Assembly (NCBI GenBank): GCA_951406725.2
Contig: OX597830.1
Span: 2,728,001 to 2,792,000 of the forward strand
Origin: Octopus vulgaris
Taxonomy: Eukaryota
Length of the DNA: 64,000 nucleotides
Direction: 5' to 3'
Positions 22,449-35,333 of this stretch are shown here, piece by piece. A program made the translations under genes and the position numbers. A model generated the notes under the pieces. That model was not told the DNA's origin. It was given only the letters and a program-made list of their open reading frames with translations, and ran no database searches. Numbering within the stretch: position 1 is the stretch's first letter; the number at the start of each line of letters is the position of its first letter.

Positions 22449-25400
22449 GAATATTTTCAACACATGAACTCACATAAAGAATCTTGCAAACCAAATCCAA
22501 AAACCAAATGGCTGAATAGCTCCAAAGAAATTCATCAAAGAGCAAGTGTTCATGGAAAAAACATGCTACTGAATTTAAGGAAGAGTAATTCAAAGAAGTG
22601 AGAGAAATGCCAATATCTCAAAGAATACACCAGACAAATAAGACAGACCAAACGAGAGATGGCTGTGCCAACTTGCCCTAAATCATGCAGGAATTTATCT
22701 AACTTTAATGATACAAGGCAACTTGTTTCACCAGATAGAATTATTGGCACCAAATGGAAATGGCAGAACACCATGCTGCACCTGTGTTTAGTTTTAAAGA
22801 CTATGAGCTGACGAGTAAGCAAGCTTGTTCCTTAAGATACTCTCAGTTTGTACAACAAAACTAACGAGAGAAACACAGGAAGTACATCAGGAATTTTATG
22901 GTTACCCCACGGAAATTGATGATGCTAAAACCAGACACTGTCTTGTACGCATGCAGACAAGAACATAAAACCTTCTCATGTTCAGTGATGGAGATACAAC
23001 TTTCTGGAGACTGACATTTTGGGTAAGTAGAACTGGGAACAAGGGTTTGAATAAGGGGTCTGTGGAGTAAAGAGAATGGATAGGGTATAATAGAAAGAGG
23101 GATTAGTGAATCAGGAGTAATTGAGGGGAGGTGACACAAGGGCAACCAGTGTGGAGAAGTGGACGCCATTGTAGTAATGATAAAAATATATAAAAAGGTG
23201 ATGCAGCAAATTTTTGGTTAAGAAGTTGGTGAGTTTGTTGCTTGATGGCTGAACTATTATGACAATGAGGGAGAGAGAGAAAGAGAGAGCAAGAAAAACA
23301 AACAGCAAGAGAAAGAGAGATAGAGAGAGAGAGAGAGCAAGAGGAAGAGAGAGGGGAACAGAGAGCAAGAAAGGGAGAGAGAGAGAGAGGAAGAAAGAGA
23401 GAAGGGGGCGGAGGGAGCATCTATGTACTTCAGGGAAGAGAATCGCTGAAGTACATTAGAAAGTACATTTTCCTCTCAGGGGAAGGAAAGAGGAAAGAAA
23501 AGAGAAGAGCATCCATGTTTTATCGTAAGATGTTTTATTATTACCTGAATATTCATGAATAGTACTATTTCAGCTTTGTTGATGTGTGTTGTTGACTAGT
23601 TTTTATGCCTCTCAGCTCGATGGACATATAGAAGGATGTCTGTCTGTATGCACAGCAGTAGCACCACCCATCATTGGATTAGTGAGAGCCTTTGTGAAGG
23701 GAAGCCTGCCTTTGTTATGCGGTCTTTGATATTTTGGACATTTGGAAGTTCATCAGTATAGACCCAGGTTCATATATATTTGTTATGTATATGTATAGTA
23801 TTTTAATAAAATTTAGTACCAAAACAATATGCATTCCTTTGTATCTCTTTCATGTTTCCCCAAGGAATTAGAAAATATATTTGTCCTTCCTCCTCAGGCT
23901 TTGGACAAACTGAAAAGAAACATTCCAAGTAGAAAAACCAGCTGAACTGCTGAATAACAATAGAGAAAAATTTAATGCTTATTGGAATATATTCCATTAT
24001 ACTTTAGCAGGCACCATTAATTATTTATCAAATCTGAAGTTATCATTTAGCAAATGTTTCACCAAATTACAAGATTTCAATATTGCAAGATTTCATAAAG
24101 ATTGAGTTTGTAGACATTTTCAAGTTTGTTCATTTAGTAATTTTCTAATAATGAAATCAACATTTATTAAGATCAATTTCCAAATATAATTTATGACTTG
24201 AAATCAGCAACTAAGATTTACAAATTTATTTTATCAGAATGTGCTTGTTTGCAGTTTTCTTGCAAGAGACACAGACATGGGAATAAGCCAGCATTTAAAA
24301 ATGAATATCTGTTTGTACTTTGAACATTTTCACAGAATTACCAATTGTGAAGTCAAGGTAGAGCCACAAGGCAGAACTGAAGTTGTTTTATATTTTGGCC
24401 CAAGGTCCCAGCATAGTTAATAACATTGCTGAATATTATATTGGCTGAAATTAGGTCTTGCATAGCAGAATCCCCTAAGGACACTGTTTTATTCATAAGC
24501 ATCACTGAACTATCATCAAACTGATTCAAAAAGAGAATTTAGTGTAATAAAAGGAAGACATTTATTACTATTTTACAAAAATATATTAAATATTTTCAAT
24601 AATATATATTCAATATTTCACTGTGATAAAGGAACATAATTTTGGAAAACATTCTTGTTGTATATTAAGTATTTTCTATAATAGAAACCAGCTCCAACAA
24701 AGGAACAACTTGTGTGACAATATTACACAAATAAATCTAATATTGTGGATAAAATTGTTGCTGCCACAATGGTGAGATATCAGTTCTGTTTTTGCAACAA
24801 TATATTTGATATTCTGAAAAAGAAGTGAAAATCTCATGATAATATGAAGGTCAATTAATTCGTTCAGCTAGTTTCCTTCCATTTCCCCAAAACAGAATTC
24901 TCAGAGTAATAATAGTGCCAGAAACCAGTTTGGAACATATAAATTGCACAGGATTGACAAAAAATGTGTAAATATAATAAAAATGGCCAGAATAGTACTT
25001 ATGAAACCTGAAATGTGGATAGAAACACTGTGACGAGCATATATATACAGTATATACATATATATATATACATATACATATATATGCGTGTGTGTGTATG
25101 TATGTATGTGAAGGTGGAATAAATGTGCTTTAATTACAAATAACAACAGTTGCTTCTGTGCAGTGACAACAGCTTTAATTTGCCGAGTTTCCAGTTTCAC
25201 ATTACATGAAATTCCTTTATAAATAATTACATAAAGAAATATAGTGCACCAACAACTGTGTGCTGGCACATCATCAGGTAGAGTGTTTCTAAAGCACTGC
25301 ACAGAGACAAATGTAATTTGAAAATTAGAGACTGTTTTTGTCCATTTTCTTGTTACATAAATTTTTACTTTTAAATTTATGCAGTAATGGTGTTCCACAT

Positions 25401-26044
25401 TTATCCAGCTCTATGATGGCATATTGTAGATGATAACAGCAGAGAGGCTTTTAAATGCATGTTACGAAATTATTAAGCAGATAAAATTTAATGTGTGTGA
25501 ATGTGTGTGTGTGTATGTGTGAGTGAGTGAGTGTGTGTGTGTGTGTGTGTGTGTATACATACACCACATTCATTTGATGTATTTTGCCACCAAAAGAGAG
25601 GGTACTCAAAACACACTGAAGAGTGGTAAATTTATAATTTTAAACAGAATTACTTTGATGTATAACTTGTGTTTCTTTCATATGCTGTCTTGATGCAGGT
25701 AGTTTATCTCACCCGACTACGACGAGAGGCAATTGAATTCCTTAGATTCAAATGAAGTCTCAATTGTTAATTTTGCAATGATTCCATCTGAAAAAGTAAG
25801 TTTAAAGAACAAGATTTATACAAATCAAACGCATAAACATAACCTGAAGAACAAAAATAGAGAAAGTCACAGAGATATAAAAGACCTTTCATACGACAAC
25901 TCCACTCCTCTAATGTCAAACAGACTTCTACATGCTTCACACTCTGATACCATTCTTAACATAGAATCCTACACCAAACCAATATTGTAAGTTACTCTGT
26001 TGCCACCCCCAACACCATCCGAGTTAATTTACCCACACCATGTC

Positions 26045-26445
26045 TTTTATCTTTAACTTGTTTCAGGCATTAGACTGTGGCCATGTTGGAGTGCCACCTT
26101 GAAGAATTTGAATCAAAGAAATTGACCCCAGTACGTACGTTTTTAAAGCCTGGCACTGATTTTATCAGTCTCTTTTGCTGAACTGCTAAGTTATAGGAAC
26201 ATAAACACACCAAAACCAGTCGTCAAGCAGCAGTGGGGGACAAACACAGACACAAAGACTCACACACACACACATGCTAGGCTTCTTTCAGTTTCCATCT
26301 TTGAAATCCACTCACAAGGCCTTGGTCAGACCGAGGCTATAGTAGAAGACACTTGCCTAAACTGCCATGCAGTGGGACTGAACCTGGAACCATGTGGCTG
26401 GGAAGCAAACATCTAACCACATAGCTACACCAGTGCCTATATGCC
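26045..26445 (-). mobile_element. SINE family A copy
   Basis: Collinear with 4416-4835 (GACTGTGGCCATG..., AGTAGAAGACACTTGCC..., GGGACTGAACC). Confidence 0.85.
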
Positions 26446-27075
26446 ATGCCTGCACCTAAATTACCAACACAGCACAACCATCCAATAATACTGAATGGGA
26501 ACTGTATGAGTTCAAATGCCTGATTTTCAACCCCCAAAAAAAGAATTAGTATATCTGTCAGTACTTCTTCCTTGCTCAGTCTAAAAGAATGGTCTGTTTT
26601 AATGGGTTTTGCAGACTTCTAAGCTTGGTGAAATTCTTAATGTTAATCTTCTACTTGATCTCCTGGAGTGAAAACAAAAACAGAGGGAAGTTCTCTTGTG
26701 TCAGCATTCTGGAGAAGAAGGAGTGTGGAGGGAAGGTTAGTGCATGTTCTGTAGGGGTTTTGGTTATGGGAAGAGAAAATATGAGGGAGCTGGAAGAACC
26801 TGAGTGAAAACAGCCAACTTTGAGGAGCAGAGGCCATTAGCGTTATGGTAGATTGTCTGAGACTGGTGACAACTTGTCACATGTCAGAGTGAGAGAGGCT
26901 GGAGGATGTCTGTGAATGACTTTACCTCACTTAGTCAAATATATTCGATGTTTTACATAAGGCAGCTTTATTCCAACGAAACCTTGAATCTGAGCAAAAG
27001 CTATATCCCACTTCTTCCTCATTCTTGTCTTTCACATCATTGCCCTCCTCCTCCCCATCCTCTTCCTCTTGCTCC

Positions 27076-27107
<32 letters not shown>

Positions 27108-27140
27108 CTCTTCCTCTTGCTCCTCCTCCTCCTCCTCGTG

Positions 27141-27179
<39 letters not shown>

Positions 27180-27589
27180 ATATTACTACAAAATAGGACC
27201 CACATTTTCTTTTTAATGCTCAATAAGCCTATTTAATGGAATTTCAAAGTCCCAATCAACTCAGTTGTTAAAATAAGTAAAAACAATTGACTGTACACCA
27301 TGTATTGAGTCCTTACTTCAGTTAATGCTTTATGTTTTTAGATGTTAAGAAACATTAAACCTATATATACACTCATACATATTCACACACACACACACAC
27401 ATATATAAATACATTCCTACCTGCATACACATACACATACATTGATGCATGCCTAAATACACACTGTCAGGCAGACTGACAGATCTGTCTTGACGTACAC
27501 AGGAAAGCCTTGTCACTTTGTTAGTGACTGTCTTGAAGTCTACAAAAAAGAAATGCATTTGAAATAAACATAAAAGAAACATGCATTCG

Positions 27590-27707
27590 TGCATATATGT
27601 ATACATACATATACACTCACATATATACATACATTAATACATATGTACATGTATATGCATATTTATATGTCCACACACACACACACATATATCTATCTAT
27701 CTATCTA

Positions 27708-27752
<45 letters not shown>

Positions 27753-28180
27753 GTATATGTATGTATATATACTCGTAGAAGCATGTATACACATACATAT
27801 TTACATATTACATGCATACACATACACATATGCAGCCACATATAAGCATACATGCTACATATATACATACATACATACATACATACACACATACATACAT
27901 ACATACATACATACATACACACGTACGTACATACATACATACATACAAACATACATACATACAAACATACATACATTCATACACACACACATACATATAT
28001 ACACACATACATACATACATACATACATACACACATACATACATGCATACATACATACATAGATGTATACATACATACATAGATGTATACATACATACAT
28101 ACATACACACATACATACATGCATACATATATACATACATAGACAAACACTTATATGCCTAGCCATACACACACACGTAG
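27590..28180. repeat. Compound (TA)/(CA)/(TACA)n microsatellite region
   Basis: Direct reading. Confidence 0.95.
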
Positions 28181-28749
28181 CTGTTCAGTGATCTCCATGG
28201 AATGTAAATAGGAAACAAATTTTTCTGGTTACTGATAATATTATCACAATTACTTAACATTTAACTTGAAAAAACCAAATCACAAGTGAATCATAAGACT
28301 TACTGCAGCCATCACACTTTACAAAACAATGCTAATTTCATTGTAACTTCTTTTATTGTATTTTATATTTATTTATTTAACATCTCTTGATTTTGATTTT
28401 GCAGTAAGTTTTCAATTCCAAAGTTAAATAATAGAGAGAAAAAGAAAAGAAAGAAGCAAATTAGCAGAATGGAAATGAAAAATCTGAGGCCATTATTGAT
28501 CAAACCATGAGTAAAATGGAATCTTAAATCCAATTCCATATGATTTAGATAAACTAGTTCAAGATTTATTTAAAAGAAAATGAAAAAGATGAGATTAGAA
28601 ATTAAAAAAGAAAAGACAGCAACACACACGACGACAACAACAACAACAACAACAATGGCACTAAGAACTGACAACAAACGATTTCCTTCTTTATTGGGAT
28701 TACTCTAAGAAGATTAGTGGATTAGGTTTATATTCTTGAGTCTAACTTC

Positions 28750-28750
<1 letters not shown>

Positions 28751-28838
<88 letters not shown>

Positions 28839-28885
28839 AAGGAGGAGGAGGAGGAGGAGGAGGAGGAGGGCAACAACAATGACAA
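28751..28885. repeat. Compound (AAT)n-(GAA)n-(GGA)n-(CAA)n microsatellite
   Basis: Direct reading. Confidence 0.95.
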
Positions 28886-30445
28886 CTAAAATTAGAAAAG
28901 GAATTTTTTTCCTTGAATATATCTGGTTAATTTAGTATGTTTGATGTTCTAAATGTCTACGGTTTTCATTTTACCATTTTCTGCTGCATTTGGCATTGAG
29001 TGCTGAAGAAACACTAAATATTATCACAAGAATCTTGCAGGCTTAAATTCAAAGTCAAAATGTGAATTCAAAAGCAAATAATTCAAACCTTGATATATTA
29101 CAGGATACACAAAGCGATTCGAAGAGATTAAAAACCTGCAGACTTCAAATTGAAATCAGGAAGTACAGGTCTGTCAAATCCAGTTTGCCATTATAAGAAT
29201 GGAGGAGTATTTTGTTAATTAAAATAATTACAAGAAATCAAGTGATTAAGTAGTAATTATTTTCAGTTTGTCTAGTAGTTTTAGAGACATACTCATAGTA
29301 TGTTTTGGAGAACAGGACATTTTCACAGCCATCTAACCAATATTCTTCAACTATTGGGTGGTCAGATAAGAACTTCAGTATGTCAAAGATTAAGACAAAA
29401 ATGGAGAAGGTACAAGAACTGGTAACATGAAGAACTTGGATCCAAGTTGGAAATGTTCATTCTGGTATAAAGAAAAACTGTTCAGGCAAGGTCTATAATT
29501 ATTTTGATTAAAATATCACAATCAGTTGAACCGACAGAGATAACGATGCAGCCATAATAAGAGATTTCTTGAGTAAGGTTGTAACAATGCAAGAAGATAA
29601 AAAAAAGAACATACAAATAAAAAAAAAAAAACAAAACAAAGTTGTAGTTTTGGTTTATATTTCTATATTTCAGGGCTGTGACCCCTTCATGATGTCATGT
29701 GTAGAAAGGGAGGAATGGAAAAGATCAATGAGTCTGGGAGGAAGGTGGGAGGTGACATGCATATCTTCTATTTCTCTCTGTATGTATATGTGTGTGTATG
29801 TATGTAGAGTGAGATGAGAATCCTTTAAGCAGTGGCTAGTGGGAATGCCAGATGCATTTCTGCTTCTTTGAGCTCTATCAATGGTATGGAATGACAGCCA
29901 GCCTCATGCTTAGACAAGATATGCCTTGGTTGATAGAGAGGAATGAAGAAATAAAACAATCACTGGATCAGTCTCTGTGAGATGTTTTCTCTGGATGAAC
30001 ATCACAGCTAATTGCCTTCCAATGATATATTTGCATTAGGTATGATGCGTGAAAGGCTTCAATTAGATGTAATAGATTTTTATTCAGCTGGTCAACTATT
30101 TGAAAGACTAATGGCAATTTTATTCCCAGTTGCCTCTATATAGGGGACAAGCCTTAGATGTGAGTGTACATCGTTGATAGAGGGCATGAGGCAGAAATGC
30201 ATCTGGTAATTGAGAAGCCAATGTTGGAACGATTTTCATCTCCCTCTGGTTTATTTTGTTCTTAAATAAAGCAAGTCTATAAGTGATGTTATCTCTGAAC
30301 AAATATCATAATAAATTGCCTTTCAAAGGTGTATTTAGATTAGGTATGATGTATAGATGGTTCTTTTAAGTCAATACTGCTTGAATTGCATATAACAGAT
30401 GTGTGTGCGTGTGTGTCATGCTAAAACGAGATAATAATGATGTTG

Positions 30446-30476
<31 letters not shown>

Positions 30477-31175
30477 CATATACATATACATATATATATA
30501 CATATACATATATATATACATATACATACACACCTACACACACTCATACATACATTTATATAGAAATATATATATGCATAAATACATGAATGTATCTATA
30601 AACAAAGACACACACACACACACATCCACACACACACACATATCTCCACACACACTCAATTACGTACTCACACACATATGCAATCAGATTTGGTAACTGA
30701 TTTCTTTTCCATTTCAATGCTAAGTCTATTTGGAAATGTATTAAAGTGAATAATTTCTACCTAAAGGTAAACTATGTGAATAGAAATGACACATTTTGAC
30801 CTTTGTATTAAACAGATGAGATTAGGGCGAAGAGGAGGGTGGGGAACTGTTCAAATATTCAATCTAATTATTGGCTTCCTTCAACATTGTCAATAAGGAA
30901 TATGAATTCAGCAACACCTGGGTTTTTCCCCCCAAAGTCTTAGTAATAAAATATTTTATATCAGATCTCTGAGTTACAATTGATATGTTGCCTGCTTTGT
31001 GTTTGGTTTCTGTTTCTCTATCTTATTTATTTATTTATCAGCTTGTATAGGTTTTAAAAAGTTTCTTGTAAATATGGTAATTATGGGAGATCTTTAAACA
31101 CAAAAACAAAATATTTGGTGAAGAAAAAGGATCATTAATGGTGTCTTGATAAAATAGAACAGATATATATATACC

Positions 31176-32458
31176 ATCATCATCATCATTTAACGTCCGC
31201 TTTCCATGCTGGCATGGGTTGGACGGTTCAACTGGGGTCTGGGAAGCCAGAAGGCTGCATCAGGCCCAGTCTGATCTGGCAGTGTTTCTACAGCTGGATG
31301 CCCTTCCTAACGCCAACCACTCCGTGAGTGTAGTGGGTGCTTTTTATGTGCCACCGGCACAGGTGCCAGATGGGACTGGCAGACGGCCACGATCGGATGG
31401 TGCTTTTTACGTGCCACCGGCACGGGGACCAGACAAGGTTGGCAACGACCACGGTCGGATGGTGCTTTTTTTGTGCCACCGGCATGGAGGCCAGATGGGC
31501 GGCGCTGGCTACAGCCACATTCAGATGGTTCTCTTACATGCCACCGGCACTGGTATCACAGCTACAAATTCCATTGATGTTGATAGATTACGATTTTGAT
31601 TTTGATTTTGATCTTCACTTGCCTCAACAGGTCTTCACAAGTGGAGTTTTGTGTCCCAAGAAGGAAAGGAATGCATAGGTGGGCTGGCTACATCCCAGGT
31701 GTAGGCCACGGGATTATGGCCTCACTTGTCCTGCCGTGTCTTCTCACGCACAGCATAGGTCTCGGTCTCTAGTCATTTCCTCAGTGAGACCTAAAGTTCG
31801 AAGGTTGTGCTTCACCACCTCATCCCAAGTTTTCCTGGGACTACCTCTTCCACAGGATCCCTCTACCGCTAGGGTGTGGCACTTTTTCACTCAACTATCT
31901 TCATCCATTCTCGCCACATCCATACCAGCGCAAACGTCTCTCTTGCACACCACAACTGATGCTTCTTAGGTCTAACTTTTCTCTCAAAGAACTTACACTC
32001 TGTCGAGTATGAACACTGACATTACACATCCATCGGAGCATACTGGCTTCATTTCTTGCAAGCTTACGCATATCCTCAGCAGTCACGGCCCATGTTTCAC
32101 TGCCATGAAGCATAGCTGTTCGTACACATGCGTCATACAATCTGCCTTTTACTCTCAGCGAGAGGCCTTTTGTCACCAGCAGAGGTAAGAACTCTCTGAA
32201 CTTTTCCCAGGCTATTCTTACTATAGCAGTTACACTTTCAGCGCACCCGCACCCGCTGCTGACTTGGTCACCTAGGTAAAGGAGGCTATCAACTACTTCT
32301 AGTTTTTCTCCCTTGAATGTGGCGGAAGATGGTCTCTGCATATTTTCAGTGTTTATTACTCCCGAGCATCTGCCACATACAAAAACTATTTTCCTAGTTA
32401 GCCTTCCTTTGACATTGCTGCACCTCTTATGTGTCCATAGCTTACACTTGGTGCATCA
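31176..32458 (-). mobile_element. 5'-truncated RTE LINE (different subfamily at the C-terminus/UTR junction)
   Basis: ORF 31901..32341 (KGLSLRVKGRLYDACVRTAMLHGSETWA), 3'UTR repeat array, (CAT)n at 31176. Confidence 0.92.
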
Positions 32459-32512
32459 TATATATATATACATATATATACATACATGGAAGACAGACGT
32501 TTAACGATGATG

Positions 32513-32559
<47 letters not shown>

Positions 32560-32562
32560 TAT

Positions 32563-33255
32563 GGTGTGAACAAGCACAGGTGAGGTCCCTCCTGAACCTC
32601 ATCAACACTTTGTACATGGAACAAATAGTACACCAGCCAACCAGGGCAGGTAACATACTGGATCTCTGCTTCACAAATAATATGGATCTCATCCATAATG
32701 TGAAAGTGACACCGATGCTACTCTCGGATCACAACATGGTAGAGCTGACCATGTACGCGCCAAAAGAGAGCACGGACATGCAGCCTACAAGAAACCCTCA
32801 GAATCTTTCCAGCTTGAACTTCCATAAGGCAAACTGGAGACAAATTGAGAAAGAGATTCTCAAACAAAACTGGTCTAAATGTCTCTCCTCACCGGACATC
32901 GACATGAAACTTCAACAATACATGTCTGTAATGCAAGTCATATGCTACAAATGTGTCCAGGAGAGAATGTTCACAAGAACAAAATCCCCAGGGAGAGAAA
33001 AATTCTTATGAGACGGTGAACAAAAGCTTCAAATTGCCTAAGCAAACAGATTGAAAGCAGTGAAAAGTCCCACCTGAAAATAAAACTGTTGGAAATTGAA
33101 AAAAGTTTGCAACTCTCCCATGAAAAAGAAAGAGCAGAGAGCAGACAAAGATACCTGGGCTATAGACAATATAAAATCTAACCCCACAGCTTTCTACAAG
33201 TTTGCCAAAGAAACAGCTTCCGTGCACTGCAAGATTGGGCCACTCCTAGAAAAAT
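32563..33255 (+). mobile_element. CR1/L2-group LINE fragment (end of APE endonuclease plus linker)
   Basis: ORF 32580..33011 QIVHQPTRAGNILDLCFTNN...LSDHNMV...NFHKANW; downstream NIKSNPTAFYKF..IGPL. Confidence 0.85.
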
Positions 33256-33695
33256 ATGGCCTCTTGGAGCTAATCAACGGCAGCATTCATCCTATATTTC
33301 TGGACTGACATATTAGCTTGGCGATAAATATTAATATTCAGTACCGCTGCCGTAGTCTCCTTTAGAGAGACTTAGAAATATTAATATTTCTACTTTTGAA
33401 AACCAATGGATGTATTCCACTGAATTTAGGTAAATAATCCTTCGAACAGACGGTCTGTAGTGATGCCTGCTGGGTTCGGCTGCTCTGCATTGATGAAGGG
33501 CAAATACCCTGAAACTAGTCTGCAGATGCCTGACCAGCAAGGGGAAGTGGCTGACCTCCCCTGTTCGAAGGATATAATGGACACAAGTTCATGTGTCACA
33601 TAGATAGCTAGAGGCGATGGCCTCTTGGAGCTAATCAATGGCAGCATTTGTCCTATATTTCTGGACTGCCATATTAGCTTGGTGATAACTATTAA
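33256..33695 (+). mobile_element. Retrozyme/Penelope pLTR-like unit: 361-bp monomer plus 79-bp terminal redundancy, with hammerhead motif
   Basis: 33256-33334 repeated at 33617-33695 with few mismatches; hammerhead motif at 33484-33526. Confidence 0.75.
33484..33526 (+). ncRNA. Minimal type I hammerhead ribozyme motif (C3U variant)
   Basis: TCTGCA-TTGATGA-AGGG CAAATA CCCT-GAAAC-TA-GTC-TGCAGA: perfect stems I and II, palindromic ACTAGT stem III, GUC triplet. Confidence 0.8.
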
Positions 33696-33711
33696 CATAT
33701 ATATATATATG

Positions 33712-34020
33712 TTCATCGCTAAAGTGACTGAAGACACTAGTCAGCACACTAGCATTGCTAGAAATAAGAGTTAAAACAGCACAAGAAGCACCCTAACTTA
33801 ATGCCTGACAAGGGAGATGAGTTCCGTCAGTGCCTAGGCCAGATCACAATGATTTTGCATTTTTATTAATGCTTGTCAGTGACTCTTGCCTAACTCTGAG
33901 GGAGTTTGCCTTTCTTGTCAGTCTTTAAGATAGGATGTTTTATGTAGCTGTGAGTCGTTTTAACTCTTATTTCTAATAATATTCATACTGACCAATGCCC
34001 ACAATCACCTGAATTGTAAA
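33712..34020. repeat. Diverged palindrome, arms about 150 bp
   Basis: TAGAAATAAGAGTTAAAAC versus GTTTTAACTCTTATTTCTA; CTGACAAG versus CTTGTCAG; pairing to a centre near 33865. Confidence 0.75.
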
Positions 34021-35082
34021 TTGCAAACAAGCCACTCTTGATATAAATGTGTGTCTGTGTGTGTGTGCATGTATGTATCCAAGTAATTTTACTTTATTGA
34101 TATTCTATAAAATGGAAACAACGAATATTAATTCATGTGTCATGAGTGATACTGTGTGTATGCATGTATCTGTGTGACTGTCTGTGTTTGTGTGTATGTG
34201 TGTGCATGTATTATTGTGTGAGCAAGTGTGCATGCATGTGTGATTACATAAACCTATGTCTTCAGCAGTTTTGCAGTTTTGTGTAAAATCATTTCAAGTT
34301 GTAAGAGTCAGCCTTGCTCAAATTCGAAAGTTTAAATCACTGGTGAATATTATAGTTTCATGCTGAGGCTATAATTTCCACAAGCAATGAAAATTACTGT
34401 ATTTGATAATTAATGACCAGAATTAACTTTGGTTTTATTTTTGAACTTCGTTATAACACCTATTTTGATTTTTTTCCATTCCATCATCTTTGACATAAAT
34501 TTCAGATGGGCATTGACAGACATAAAGCAAAGTTTAATTTACATGCCCAAAGGCTTCATAAAGCATTCAAGGTCCTGTTGGGAGGCTAACATTTGGTTCT
34601 TTGAATGGATTATCTCATTGCTGCTGGAGGCTATGTATGTTTAGTCAGAGTTTTAATAAGATAATGTTCATTCCTCAGCTTTCTCCCTAAGAGATTATTC
34701 CTTTTGTAACCAGAGACTAAGTTTATTCAAAGTTTATATGAGCTGTCCTGTCTCTCATCTCTTGGCAATTTCAATATTTCTTAATTCAAACATATAGCAG
34801 ACATACAAGAAATTGTGAATTATGGATATATGAAATGCTTAGTGTTATCAATAAACATTACTGAAAGATAATTCACAGATTGACTATTCAACATGTTAAT
34901 CATAATAGCGCTACAAACCATTTATACATTAATTGTTGAATTAATTAACAAATATATCAAGTGAGAGAGTGATGATAGAATGTTTGTGTTTATTTGCAAC
35001 TACACAGGTATCTAAAACAAGAGTGAATGCTAGCTGCATATTGCTATGATTGCTTTGACCTTTTAGCATTTAAACCAGTCTC

Positions 35083-35333
35083 CATGCCGGAGGCACGTAA
35101 AAAGCACCATCCGATCATGGCTGTTTGCCAGCCTTGTATGGCACCTGTGCCAGTGGCATGTAAAAAGCACCCACTACACTCATGGAGTGGTTGGCGTTAG
35201 GAAGGGCATCCAGCTGTAGAAACACTGCCAGATCAGACTGGGCCTGGTGCAACCTTCTGGCTTCCCAGACCCCAGTTGAACTGCCCAACCCATGCTAGCA
35301 TGGAAAGTGGACGTTAAACGATGATGATGATGA
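35083..35333 (+). mobile_element. RTE 3'UTR-only insertion
   Basis: Two repeat cores, TGGTTGGCGTTAGGAAGGGCATCCAGCTGTAGAAAC, (GAT)n tail. Confidence 0.9.

Noticed and set aside
22450-23260. Possible LINE/Penelope coding relic
   Set aside because: Too degraded to identify a motif by eye
23720-23766. Minus-strand GGTCTATA-CTGATGA..CAAAATATC-AAAGACC
   Set aside because: Needs several substitutions to fit a hammerhead
24901-25398. 165-aa ORF
   Set aside because: Partly microsatellite, with no recognisable domain or splice structure
25713-25788. Minus-strand exon candidate
   Set aside because: Stops in all frames and no partner exon evident
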